A stretch of 40,341 nucleotides of DNA from an uncultured Pseudomonadales bacterium (GTDB taxonomy: Bacteria; Patescibacteriota; Microgenomatia; UBA1400; RBG-16-45-19): assembly GCA_964554085.1 (NCBI GenBank), contig CAZKMY010000001.1:4949-45289 (forward strand). The letters run 5' to 3'. Position numbers and translations under genes: made by a program. A model generated the notes under the pieces. It was not told where the DNA came from, made no database searches, and saw nothing but the letters and a program-made list of their open reading frames with translations. Numbering within the stretch: position 1 is the stretch's first letter; every line of letters starts with the position of its first letter. This document shows, piece after piece, positions 8,939-16,881 of the stretch.

Positions 8939-10654
8939 TCACTTCTTCTCGATATTATACAACCCTGATTTGATAGATATCTTACCCGGTGCCCGTAAAT
9001 TAAACGCTTTCTTCAAATCAGCTCCATCAATAGTCACCTTCCCCTTATCGGTATCAAACAATACATTTGCAGTCACTCCATTATCTGCATACGTCACCGA
9101 CACCCCTGTCACTCGACCATACCCTCCTCCATTGGCATTCGCCTTATCTCGCAATTCCCCAATTGAATAGGGATTTCCACCCCAACAACTCCCTGTCGGA
9201 GTCACCCGATCATCACTTTGTCCAGCTTTAATGAGTACCACCCACGCATTCAAAATATCTGCCATTTCTTCCGCAGAAAGCCACGGATGAGACTTTCCGC
9301 AACTATCTCCGCCACGATCCTTGTACCATCCCTTATAAAACCACGGGCTGCCTGCTTGTTTTTCCCATGCCTGGGCTGTCCAACCACTACGTCCCGATGG
9401 AGTATCCCAAAATCCCGGCGTTGTATGGCCTTGGGAAGAATAAGACATCTGATATCCTCCTGAAGTTGACGCGTACCAAGCAGAAAAGGGTTGACCATTT
9501 TTCACCAATACCCAACCCTTTGTATCATTAACTGCTTTTTCCCAATTCCCCCCTTTTGGACTCGATTTAAACACCTGACAACTTTCCGTTGCACAAATCG
9601 AACTAGACCCATTATTAGTTCTCGCTAACGCATAACTCCGAGCTGCCACGGCCTGTGCTCTAAGTGCCGCCATACCCCCATCATCTCCCCACGAGTTTGG
9701 TACTTCATAAATCCGCTTGGCATACTCTTCCAACGAATAGCTCCCTTGTCCATCAACTTTAATCTGAATATTGGTGTCATAATCTTTTTTAATTTCGATA
9801 TCGCCATAATAAGCGCGCAGAATTTCTTCTGCACTCTGACCTGCTTTCGCTCGCCCATATGCCCCGTACTGACTCATCCCCTTATAGTGAGGTGCCCCAA
9901 ACGAGAAGGCTGCAAATGCCGGGGAAAATCCCGGATTATAATCTGGTCGCGACGCCTTATCATCCGCGAGTGGCACATCACCAACTGTCGTTTGAAATGT
10001 ACCTGTCTTAGCGGATAAAATTTCTTGTTGTCGCTTCGACAACTCCGAAATTTTCCCCGACAATTGTGCCTGATAATCTTTCGCTTTTTTAATCTCTCCC
10101 GCAAAAAAAGTTACCGTTCCTTCAAATTGCGCCCGCATCGATGCCAACTGAGCTTTCCGTTTCTCCAATGCTTTCTTATCATTTTGCAGTTTCAGCAGCG
10201 CTTCGGTCGATTTCATAATAATCGATTTATCTTGATCAACCGCAGAAGTTCGATAGGTCAGTGACCGGGTTAATCCCGCCGCTGTGCCCGAGGACAAAAA
10301 GGTTACCAAGGGGGAAAATTGGCGCGATAGTTTGTAATAACTTCGCACTCGAGCGGCTAAATAGCGGTACTGTGCATCCAATTGCAATTCCCGTGCTTCG
10401 ATATCCCCCTCCAAATGCTGAGTTTCCACATCTGCCAGCGCCAAATCACTTTTAACCTTGGCAATCTTCGCATTAATCGACGAAACTTCTTTTTCCAGTG
10501 GAGTCGTTGCTGCCTCAGACAATTGTTTTAACCGTTGTAGGTCATCAATTTGTTTCTGTAACGATTCAATTGAATCCTCAGCAAAGACAGCTAACCGAGG
10601 AAACCAAAACACGCTCAGCACTATGACAAGTCCCAACACCCAAACTTTTTTCAT
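8939..10654 (-). CDS. Secreted SpoIID/LytB-domain protein with an N-terminal coiled coil
   Basis: Start chosen at ATG 10652-10654, giving the signal peptide MKKVWVLGLVIVLSVFWFPRLAVFA. A long heptad-rich segment follows, then the SpoIID signature ALRAQAVAARSYA. Confidence 0.7.
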   Translation of the reverse strand: MKKVWVLGLVIVLSVFWFPRLAVFAEDSIESLQKQIDDLQRLKQLSEAATTPLEKEVSSINAKIAKVKSDLALADVETQHLEGDIEARELQLDAQYRYLAARVRSYYKLSRQFSPLVTFLSSGTAAGLTRSLTYRTSAVDQDKSIIMKSTEALLKLQNDKKALEKRKAQLASMRAQFEGTVTFFAGEIKKAKDYQAQLSGKISELSKRQQEILSAKTGTFQTTVGDVPLADDKASRPDYNPGFSPAFAAFSFGAPHYKGMSQYGAYGRAKAGQSAEEILRAYYGDIEIKKDYDTNIQIKVDGQGSYSLEEYAKRIYEVPNSWGDDGGMAALRAQAVAARSYALARTNNGSSSICATESCQVFKSSPKGGNWEKAVNDTKGWVLVKNGQPFSAWYASTSGGYQMSYSSQGHTTPGFWDTPSGRSGWTAQAWEKQAGSPWFYKGWYKDRGGDSCGKSHPWLSAEEMADILNAWVVLIKAGQSDDRVTPTGSCWGGNPYSIGELRDKANANGGGYGRVTGVSVTYADNGVTANVLFDTDKGKVTIDGADLKKAFNLRAPGKISIKSGLYNIEKK

Positions 10655-10796
10655 ATTTCTTGTGTCTTGTATCTTCATAGGCAGTTGCACCGCGTCCCTC
10701 GTAACCCGCCATAGGCGGGTGAAGTGGGACTTCCCCATAATACCATTGAACCGCATCTTTTCCTCTTCCCAAGAGTCAAGGTATAATACGTCAAGC

Positions 10797-11300
10797 ATGT
10801 TACGCAAAAAAATACAATTCTTTCGTTTACTCATTATCGGAATTGTTGTTGTTGGATCACTATCAAGTATCACAACTCCTGTTATTGCCCTCAGTGAGAG
10901 TACTTCCGAAGCAAGTACAAGTGGAGTTGGAGGTTCCTCAAGTTGGTCTCATACTGCTGATTTTGACATGTGTAAAGGGGTCTCTGATGCTGGATGTCGC
11001 GATTGTGTAGGGGAGGACTACAAACACATGTGGACCGCTCTTGGTTGCATTCCCACTGATCCTAAAGAATTTACGACCGCATTTTTAAGAATCTCTATTG
11101 GTGTAGCTGGAGGAATCGCTCTTCTTCTCATGGTTTATGGAGCTTTTCTTGTTTCGGTTTCTGCGGGTGACCCCAAAAAAGCTGATGAAGGTAAAGAGAT
11201 TATTACGGGTACCATTGCCGGACTTTTATTTATAATCTTTTCTGTCGTTCTCTTAAAGCTTATCGGCGTTGATATCCTTCAAATTCCGGGGTTGAAATAA
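10797..11300 (+). CDS. Pilin-like protein P1: Cys-containing ectodomain fused to a VirB2/TrbC-like two-helix hairpin
   Basis: ATG 10797 follows TATAAT (10782-10787) by 9 nt. It has a signal/anchor MLRKKIQFFRLLIIGIVVVG and 4 Cys in CKGVSDAGCRDCVGEDYKHMWTALGC. The C-terminus GGIALLLMVYGAFLVSVSAGDPKKADEGKEIITGTIAGLLFIIF matches the paralogue motif. Confidence 0.6.
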   Translation: MLRKKIQFFRLLIIGIVVVGSLSSITTPVIALSESTSEASTSGVGGSSSWSHTADFDMCKGVSDAGCRDCVGEDYKHMWTALGCIPTDPKEFTTAFLRISIGVAGGIALLLMVYGAFLVSVSAGDPKKADEGKEIITGTIAGLLFIIFSVVLLKLIGVDILQIPGLK

Positions 11301-11304
11301 TCCT

Positions 11305-11673
11305 ATGAAGAAAATCGCAAAAATTCTTTTTACTTTTTCTTTATTCCCTTTTTTTTCTCATCCTGTTCATGCCGAAGACACCGATATTACCGGAATGGTT
11401 TCTTCAGTTCCGGGATTCAAACCAATTCTCAACAGTCCAACGAATGTCATCAGCGAACTGCTTCCCTACGTATTGACCCTCGCTGGTCTTATCCTCTTTG
11501 GCATGCTCATCATGGGTGGTTTTGAAATTATGACTGCCGCCACTGATGCTAAAAAAGCTGACGCGGGCAAAGCCCGCATCACCACCGCTGTTATTGGTTT
11601 TGTGATCATTTTTGCCGCCTATTGGATTACTCAAATCCTTGAAATCATGACCGGTGTCTCCATCCTGAAATAA
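11305..11673 (+). CDS. Pilin-like protein P2 (VirB2/TrbC-like T4SS pilin family)
   Basis: 122 aa with signal peptide MKKIAKILFTFSLFPFFSHPVHA. Hairpin is GLILFGMLIMGGFEIMTAATDAKKADAGKARITTAVIGFVIIFAAYW. Confidence 0.65.
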   Translation: MKKIAKILFTFSLFPFFSHPVHAEDTDITGMVSSVPGFKPILNSPTNVISELLPYVLTLAGLILFGMLIMGGFEIMTAATDAKKADAGKARITTAVIGFVIIFAAYWITQILEIMTGVSILK

Positions 11674-11677
11674 TCCT

Positions 11678-12358
11678 ATGATTACTCCTCCACTTCAACA
11701 TATTGCCATTATTATGGATGGCAATCGTCGCTGGGCCAAAGCTCATGGATTACCTGCTGTCATGGGCCACAAAAAAGTGGTGGAGGAACGAGTTGAAGAA
11801 CTAATAGAACATGCGGGTAAACTCCATATTCCGTATATTACTTTCTGGGCCTTTAGTACCGAGAATTGGGATCGTGCTGAAGATGAGGTCTTGGGAATTA
11901 TGAATTTATTCCGTTGGGCATTTACTCACAAAGCCAAATCGCTTGTTGAAAAAGGGGCTAGGCTACGTGTAATTGGTGACATGTCTCGATTTGATCCAGA
12001 TATACGGCAAGGAATTGAAACCTGGATGGAAAAATCAAAAAAAAACACCGCTATCACCGTCACCTTTGCTCTAAATTATGGTGGTCGTGACGAAATTATT
12101 CGTGCAATCAACACACTCCCCAAAGATCAACCAGTCACCCAAGAAGAATTTGAAAAACAGCTAGACACTGCAGGAATGCCGGATCCTGACTTAATAATTC
12201 GAACGAGCGGTGAACAACGTTTATCTGGGTTTCTCCCCTGGCAATCTGTTTATAGTGAATTTTATTTCACTGACATTCTTATGCCAGATTTTGATACGCA
12301 TGCCTTTGATACTGCCCTTAGTGAATTCGCTACCCGCCAACGCCGCCACGGAAAATAA
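11678..12358 (+). CDS. uppS: Isoprenyl (undecaprenyl) diphosphate synthase
   Basis: 226 aa. Motifs are HIAIIMDGNRRWA and IRTSGEQRLSGFLPWQ. Confidence 0.9.
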   Translation: MITPPLQHIAIIMDGNRRWAKAHGLPAVMGHKKVVEERVEELIEHAGKLHIPYITFWAFSTENWDRAEDEVLGIMNLFRWAFTHKAKSLVEKGARLRVIGDMSRFDPDIRQGIETWMEKSKKNTAITVTFALNYGGRDEIIRAINTLPKDQPVTQEEFEKQLDTAGMPDPDLIIRTSGEQRLSGFLPWQSVYSEFYFTDILMPDFDTHAFDTALSEFATRQRRHGK

Positions 12359-13162
12359 CTAGTCATTTTCGATTCGCGTTCCTAATACTGGTTTTCCTTC
12401 AATCGCTTCCGACAATGTCCCATGTTCAATTCCATCAATAATTAAGCCTGGAATCCCCTGTTTTGCCAGTTCCAGTGTTTCATTCACCTTATGCTCCATC
12501 CCTCCCGTCACATCCGTTCCCCCCGAACCTCCAATAGCTGTCTGGTATTGATCAATCGTATTTGGGGTAATTACCTCAATTGTTTTCCCATTTTCGTCAT
12601 AAACACCATTGGTTTGGCCGCAGTGAATCATCCGCTCAATCACATATCCCTTTTCCTTCAAATGGAGTGCCAAATACCCGAGCACCATCTCAGTTGAAAA
12701 AATCGTACACCCCACCTGGGTATCAAGGATTTGATCTCCGTATAAAACTGGCAACAATCCCAAGCGAAGCGTCTCTTCAATACTACTGGTACAAATCGAC
12801 TGCAACTTGTGATTCTCCGCTACCATCGTTGAAAGGGGTGAAATCGATACTGCATTCACTCCCGCATTAAGGAGCGCTTTAATCACAATCCGATTCAACT
12901 GTGCTGCCACATCCGCTACCTCAGCAATCCCTCGATAACTCTCCTCATTCAGAATTCCTTTATGGGTTTGATATTTCTTTGCTGGTACATGGGCAAAACT
13001 CCCCGCTCCATGACCAACCACCAATTGCTTGCCACTGGCTTGCGCTTTTTTCACTTCATCACAAATGATTGACAGTGCCCGCTCCCGAACTGAAAACGGT
13101 TTATTCTTGTCTGTAATCAGCGACCCACCAATTTTGATAAATACCAATGGTTTTGTATCCAT
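12359..13162 (-). CDS. Isopentenyl phosphate kinase (amino-acid-kinase fold)
   Basis: 267 aa. Motifs are FIKIGGSLITDK, VVGHGAGSFAH and GGTDVTGGM. Its stop codon abuts the uppS stop with zero spacer. Confidence 0.7.
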   Translation of the reverse strand: MDTKPLVFIKIGGSLITDKNKPFSVRERALSIICDEVKKAQASGKQLVVGHGAGSFAHVPAKKYQTHKGILNEESYRGIAEVADVAAQLNRIVIKALLNAGVNAVSISPLSTMVAENHKLQSICTSSIEETLRLGLLPVLYGDQILDTQVGCTIFSTEMVLGYLALHLKEKGYVIERMIHCGQTNGVYDENGKTIEVITPNTIDQYQTAIGGSGGTDVTGGMEHKVNETLELAKQGIPGLIIDGIEHGTLSEAIEGKPVLGTRIEND

Positions 13163-13171
13163 AAGAGTTTT

Positions 13172-14173
13172 CTAAAATAAATGACTGTCAGTGAGGTGAG
13201 CTCCCTGACATGGTCGGTTAATAAATAATGTCTTCACTCCCTCCAACAAGGATAGTTTTTCTTTCAATGCATCACAATGTGCTTCCTCACAAATCACATG
13301 CACATTTGGTCCTGCGTCCATCGTAAAGTATCCCTCAATCCCTTCTTTTCGCCACTGTTGGAGTGATCTCACAATATCCAAGGTTGCGCCATTCCAATAG
13401 AAAATACCTGGAGTACTTGTCATACACACGGCATGGAGTGAAATCGCTTCTTCTTCAATGGTATTTCCCAACAAGGCCATATCTTTTGTCTGTAAAGCCT
13501 GCTTCACCCGTTGTATTCTCTCTGGTAATTCATTCAATCTCGAAGCAAATAAGGGGCTTGTTGCAGCAATCTTATGTCCGTCTGCAGATCCTGTTTGTTT
13601 TTCTTGCGCATCCACCACCACCACAATATCTACAAGTGGCCAATAATCTGCAGGGTACAAGCTTTCCGAATATGATGTCTCTGAACTAGTTCCCTTATGC
13701 CATAGTGTGAATCCATCACCAATTGAGCGACATGCTGATCCAGAACCAGCCAATCGAGTTAGTACCGATAATTCCTGCTCCGTTCCCTTCCAACCGCTTA
13801 CCTGAGCCAAGGCCATCGTCAATGCTGCAAAAGCTGACGCCGATGAAGCAATACCGGCACCCTGAGGAAATGTGTTTTGCGATACCACCCGGACAGTACT
13901 ATCTATATGCATCAATTCTCGAAACCGGTTCACCTGATTGATTACCCGGTCATACTGGGACCCGTTTACCCGTTCTCGTTTGCCTCCATAATACTGAATT
14001 TCTACCTCGTCTTCCAAAAACGACGTATCAAAAGCTACTGTTGTGGTAGTAAAACAATCCGACAAATTCATCGAAATCGTATCGCTAAAGGGCAAGATTA
14101 GTTGTTGATCCTGCTGCCCCCAATATTTAATGAAGGCAATGTTGGCTGGAGCAATGGCTGTAGCTTTTTTCAT
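13172..14173 (-). CDS. Mevalonate diphosphate / phosphomevalonate decarboxylase homologue (GHMP family)
   Basis: 333 aa. N-terminus is APANIAFIKYWG and the GHMP motif is PQGAGIASSASAFAAL. Confidence 0.8.
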   Translation of the reverse strand: MKKATAIAPANIAFIKYWGQQDQQLILPFSDTISMNLSDCFTTTTVAFDTSFLEDEVEIQYYGGKRERVNGSQYDRVINQVNRFRELMHIDSTVRVVSQNTFPQGAGIASSASAFAALTMALAQVSGWKGTEQELSVLTRLAGSGSACRSIGDGFTLWHKGTSSETSYSESLYPADYWPLVDIVVVVDAQEKQTGSADGHKIAATSPLFASRLNELPERIQRVKQALQTKDMALLGNTIEEEAISLHAVCMTSTPGIFYWNGATLDIVRSLQQWRKEGIEGYFTMDAGPNVHVICEEAHCDALKEKLSLLEGVKTLFINRPCQGAHLTDSHLF

Positions 14174-14176
14174 GAT

Positions 14177-14359
14177 CTAACATTCAACTTCCGGCCCACG
14201 TATATACGTTTCGTATATCTCAGGGTTAGCATCATACATTCTCTGCAATTCCTCAATTGTAAAACCGCACAAACCAATCTCTGCGACAGCGGCTGTGGTC
14301 AAATCACTTACTGCATTTTCCGCAACTTGCCCTTCTAAGCACTCCTGTTTTTGTGACAT
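14177..14359 (-). CDS. Small acidic hypothetical protein (60 aa)
   Basis: ATG 14357-14359 is preceded by GGAG at about 8 nt. The ORF ends 3 nt before the decarboxylase start, so it appears to be in the same operon. Confidence 0.4.
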   Translation of the reverse strand: MSQKQECLEGQVAENAVSDLTTAAVAEIGLCGFTIEELQRMYDANPEIYETYIRGPEVEC

Positions 14360-14423
14360 ATATTTCTCCAAAAAAATAAACGCTAAAACTCTAACTAACA
14401 CTTAGTCGTGTATTCTACCAAAA

Positions 14424-14684
14424 TCACTCACGTTGGCCAGCAATGATTGTGTTCAATATAGCTAACCAATACTTTTCTGCCCCCTCAACCGGAGGTCTTT
14501 TTTTTGCTTCTTCATCCAACTCTCTCACCAACGCTAATCCTTTATTTGGATTAAACGGACCCAAATTCGTACGACATTCAGGGCAAACATCTCGAGGGGG
14601 GAAAATAAACGTTCCGCAAGAACAGTGTTCGCCAACAAATTGAGTTTGTGCTTTCTGATTTCGCGCTAACCGTGCTACTTCCAT
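14424..14684 (-). CDS. Small zinc-ribbon protein (CxC...CPxC)
   Basis: 86 aa with HCSCGTFIFPPRDVCPECRT. This resembles the rubredoxin-like zinc ribbon found at the N-terminus of DUF35-type proteins. No obvious OB fold follows. Confidence 0.5.
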   Translation of the reverse strand: MEVARLARNQKAQTQFVGEHCSCGTFIFPPRDVCPECRTNLGPFNPNKGLALVRELDEEAKKRPPVEGAEKYWLAILNTIIAGQRE

Positions 14685-14712
14685 ACTCTACTAGTCGCGA
14701 GATTATTCCAAA

Positions 14713-15108
14713 TCACTCAACCTTATCTACTAATAATCCAACCGCAATTGGCCAATCAAACACCTCAATCGGTTTATCTCCTAGTTGATCAATTTGTTTT
14801 TTCGCCCTATATACAGTCGCTTCCGACACCCCAGCCAAACGCGCTACTTGTATATTTGTCGCTTCTGGATGAGATTCAAAACAACGAGCAATTATTCTTC
14901 TCTTAATTTCGGCTGGTTTTCGTAATTCACTTGGTAATTTTCCTTCCAAAACGGCTTGATTCAAAGCTCGATGAACCCCCGCCTCTGCAACATTGTTAGC
15001 CATCGCAACTGCCGCAATTTGTCCCGCATGCCTTAAAAAATCACTCACAATGGCGTCGCGAACTTCCGGAGAATAATGATCAAATTGAGTGGATTCTTTC
15101 ACGCCCAT
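14713..15108 (-). CDS. Small helix-turn-helix DNA-binding protein
   Basis: 131 aa. The HTH-like segment is TNIQVARLAGVSEATVYRAKKQ. It is divergent from the ECF sigma gene. Confidence 0.5.
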   Translation of the reverse strand: MGVKESTQFDHYSPEVRDAIVSDFLRHAGQIAAVAMANNVAEAGVHRALNQAVLEGKLPSELRKPAEIKRRIIARCFESHPEATNIQVARLAGVSEATVYRAKKQIDQLGDKPIEVFDWPIAVGLLVDKVE

Positions 15109-15145
15109 TTAGTCGCAAATTTCTTCAAAATCATTCTCTTTATTG

Positions 15146-15279
15146 TTTTGCAGATCGCTCATAAAGTTTTTTCAGCGCGCAATCACCTGCCTCGCCGGCA
15201 AGGCGGGTCCGAAGCTGAGCCTGCCGAAGCTGAAGGGCGTGAGCACTGCAAAAAAACGTATGTGCAAACTGCAAAAAAA
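15146..15279 (+). repeat. Long imperfect hairpin repeat, copy R2 (nested stems)
   Basis: Outer stem is TTTTGCAG (15146-15153) with CTGCAAAA (15269-15276). Inner stem is TTTTTTCAG (15167-15175) with CTG-c-AAAAAA (15246-15256). The interior has ttcagcgcgcaatca, then the GC hairpin cctgcctcgccggcaaggcggg (15186-15207), then gctgagcctgccgaagctgaagggcgtgagcactgc. Confidence 0.75.
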
Positions 15280-15287
15280 GATTGAGA

Positions 15288-15293
15288 TACAAT
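15288..15293 (+). promoter_or_regulatory. -10-like hexamer TACAAT, 6 nt upstream of the sigma-factor ATG (leaderless-type arrangement)
   Basis: gaTACAATaccccTATG. Confidence 0.35.
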
Positions 15294-15299
15294 ACCCCT

Positions 15300-15851
15300 A
15301 TGGAGAACTCCCAAAAAAATGATCAGGAAATAGTTGCCAGCCTTTTGGCCGGCGACAAAAAAGTCCTCCATCATTTTTATCATCAAGCCTCCAAAAAACT
15401 CCGTACCTATTTTCTTTTTCACACTGCAGATCCTCAGGACTGTGACGAACTTATCCAAGACACCTTCTTGCACTTTCTCGACGCCCTCCCCCTGTTTCAC
15501 TATCAATCCAGTCTCATGACCTTTATTACCAGTATTGCCCAGCATGAAGTCGCTGATTATTGGCGCAAAAAATACGCCAAACGGCTGATTCATACCATTC
15601 CTATTCTTAAAAATATTATTGCTCCCATCCAAACCTCCGAACGAACCGCTCTCAAATTTCATCAAGCATTAGAAACCACCTACCAACGGTTAAAACCTCA
15701 GCAATCTGCACTTCTCCGCATGAAGTATGAAGATGCCCTGAGTGTCAAAGAAATTGCCGCCAAACTAGGTTGGTCAACCAAAGCCGTCGAATGTCAGTTG
15801 TACCGTGCCCGCAAAGCCTTTCAGCTTGTCTATCAGGAACACAATACATGA
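15300..15851 (+). CDS. ECF-type sigma-70 family RNA polymerase sigma factor
   Basis: Start taken at ATG 15300 because the track start 15282 is TTG. Region 2 is DCDELIQDTFLHFL and region 4 is LSVKEIAAKLGWSTKAVECQLYRARKAF. Confidence 0.8.
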   Translation: MENSQKNDQEIVASLLAGDKKVLHHFYHQASKKLRTYFLFHTADPQDCDELIQDTFLHFLDALPLFHYQSSLMTFITSIAQHEVADYWRKKYAKRLIHTIPILKNIIAPIQTSERTALKFHQALETTYQRLKPQQSALLRMKYEDALSVKEIAAKLGWSTKAVECQLYRARKAFQLVYQEHNT

Positions 15852-16069
15852 CACACCCAAATTTTTGGCAACAAGTTGATCAACGTGTCAACGAAAACAA
15901 AACCATTATGCAAAGTGGTTTTTCTCCCAAACTTGCCCCTTCTCTTGCTTGGGTAGGCCTTCATTATTGGATTATTGGCAGTCTACTTTCGTTGTGCCTA
16001 ACAATCTGGGTGTATACCAATCACTATGCTGGCTTAATGCAAGCGATCAGGATCATGATATGGAGATAA
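15848..16069 (+). CDS. Small single-pass membrane protein, candidate anti-sigma factor
   Basis: ATG 15848 overlaps the sigma stop (ATGA). The 73-aa product has one TM helix (LAWVGLHYWIIGSLLSLCLTIWVY). Position and coupling are typical of anti-sigma partners; there is no sequence motif support. Confidence 0.4.
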   Translation: MTHPNFWQQVDQRVNENKTIMQSGFSPKLAPSLAWVGLHYWIIGSLLSLCLTIWVYTNHYAGLMQAIRIMIWR

Positions 16070-16431
16070 ATACAAATCATGACTCAAGACTTATGACTCA
16101 ACACTTAACACTATCCTGGTCCTACTGGTTTGGCAGCCGCACCCAAGGATTAATTATTCATCCCTACATCACCATGCGCGAAATTGTTCGCGAACATTTT
16201 CTTCGTCCCCTCACCTTCATCCCCACCGTTATCTGGATTATCTCCTGGATAGCAGCCATGATAATCGGCAGAATTGGCTTGTTTTTTAATCTCCATCTTC
16301 AAACCTGGACTATTCCGGTCGGAAAAAGCCTCGTCTTCGCCTGGTGCTGGCTTTCTTGGTTTTTACTCCTTTGGCAAATCCTTCTTAGCTATCTTTATCT
16401 TCGTTTTCGTTTTTTACCAAATCGGACCTAA
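16060..16431 (+). CDS. Membrane protein (123 aa, about 3 TM), unknown function
   Basis: ATG 16060 overlaps the previous ORF by 10 nt in another frame. The N-terminus is encoded by the GACTYA-type element. Confidence 0.45.
   Translation: MEINTNHDSRLMTQHLTLSWSYWFGSRTQGLIIHPYITMREIVREHFLRPLTFIPTVIWIISWIAAMIIGRIGLFFNLHLQTWTIPVGKSLVFAWCWLSWFLLLWQILLSYLYLRFRFLPNRT
16078..16112 (+). repeat. Pseudo-tandem element, GACTYA subfamily
   Basis: catgactcaagacttatgactcaacacttaacact, read as HDSRLMTQHLTL. It is related to the elements at 36607-36640 and 38142-38173. Confidence 0.65.
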
Positions 16432-16440
16432 AACACGTGA

Positions 16441-16494
16441 TTTTAGGAGCGCAAGGCGGGTCTGAGTGAAACGAAGGCGTGAGCACTGCAAAAC
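16441..16494 (+). repeat. Hairpin repeat, short diverged copy R3
   Basis: ttttaggagcgcaaggcgggtctgagtgaaacgaaggcgtgagcactgcaaaa. Confidence 0.65.
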
Positions 16495-16527
16495 TATATG
16501 GAAAACAATTCAAAAACCTTTCCCCCC

Positions 16528-16557
16528 TTGATCCAGAAAGTCGCTCCCTGGTAAAAT
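16528..16557 (+). promoter_or_regulatory. Candidate sigma-70-type promoter of the pilin array (TTGATC-18 nt-TAAAAT with upstream TGg)
   Basis: cTTGATCcagaaagtcgctcccTGgTAAAATtc. It lies 21 nt upstream of ATG 16578, with aGGAt in between. Confidence 0.45.
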
Positions 16558-16577
16558 TCAAAATATAGGATAAAACT

Positions 16578-16877
16578 ATGGATCTTGGATCAACTTTTTT
16601 TGGTGACAACGCCATTCAGTCGAGTGGATACACTCACAATTTCTCTGGCCTCATTTCTTCTATTCTCCCCACGTTCCTCATTGTCGCTGGATTCATTCTT
16701 TTTATCTACCTTGTATTTGGCGGCTTTATGATGATTTCAGCATCAGGCGATGAGAAGAAAACTGCTGAAGGCCAACAAGCCTTGACCAATGCTATAATTG
16801 GCTTTGTTATTATCTTCGCCAGTTACTGGATTATTCAGATTATTGAAGTAGTGTCTGGTGTAGGAATTGTTAACTAA
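16578..16877 (+). CDS. Pilin-like protein P3
   Basis: 99 aa. Hairpin is FILFIYLVFGGFMMISASGDEKKTAEGQQALTNAIIGFVIIFASYW. Confidence 0.65.
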   Translation: MDLGSTFFGDNAIQSSGYTHNFSGLISSILPTFLIVAGFILFIYLVFGGFMMISASGDEKKTAEGQQALTNAIIGFVIIFASYWIIQIIEVVSGVGIVN

Positions 16878-16881
16878 AACT

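Noticed and set aside
10458-10796. Upstream 113 codons of track ORF 10458-11300, and the 73 extra N-terminal codons of ORF 8939-10873.
   Set aside because: The two extensions overlap each other on opposite strands across the divergent promoter region. Internal ATGs (10797 and 10654) give proper signal peptides, and a TATAAT lies just upstream of 10797.
15183-15665. 160-aa minus-strand ORF.
   Set aside because: It is antisense to the well-supported ECF sigma gene and runs into the R2 repeat. It has no motif. Other long antisense or alternative-frame track ORFs are rejected for the same reason. These are 29661-30080, 24323-24736, 28123-28596, 20202-20609, 17727-18134, 35012-35434, 5188-5601 and 37065-37376.
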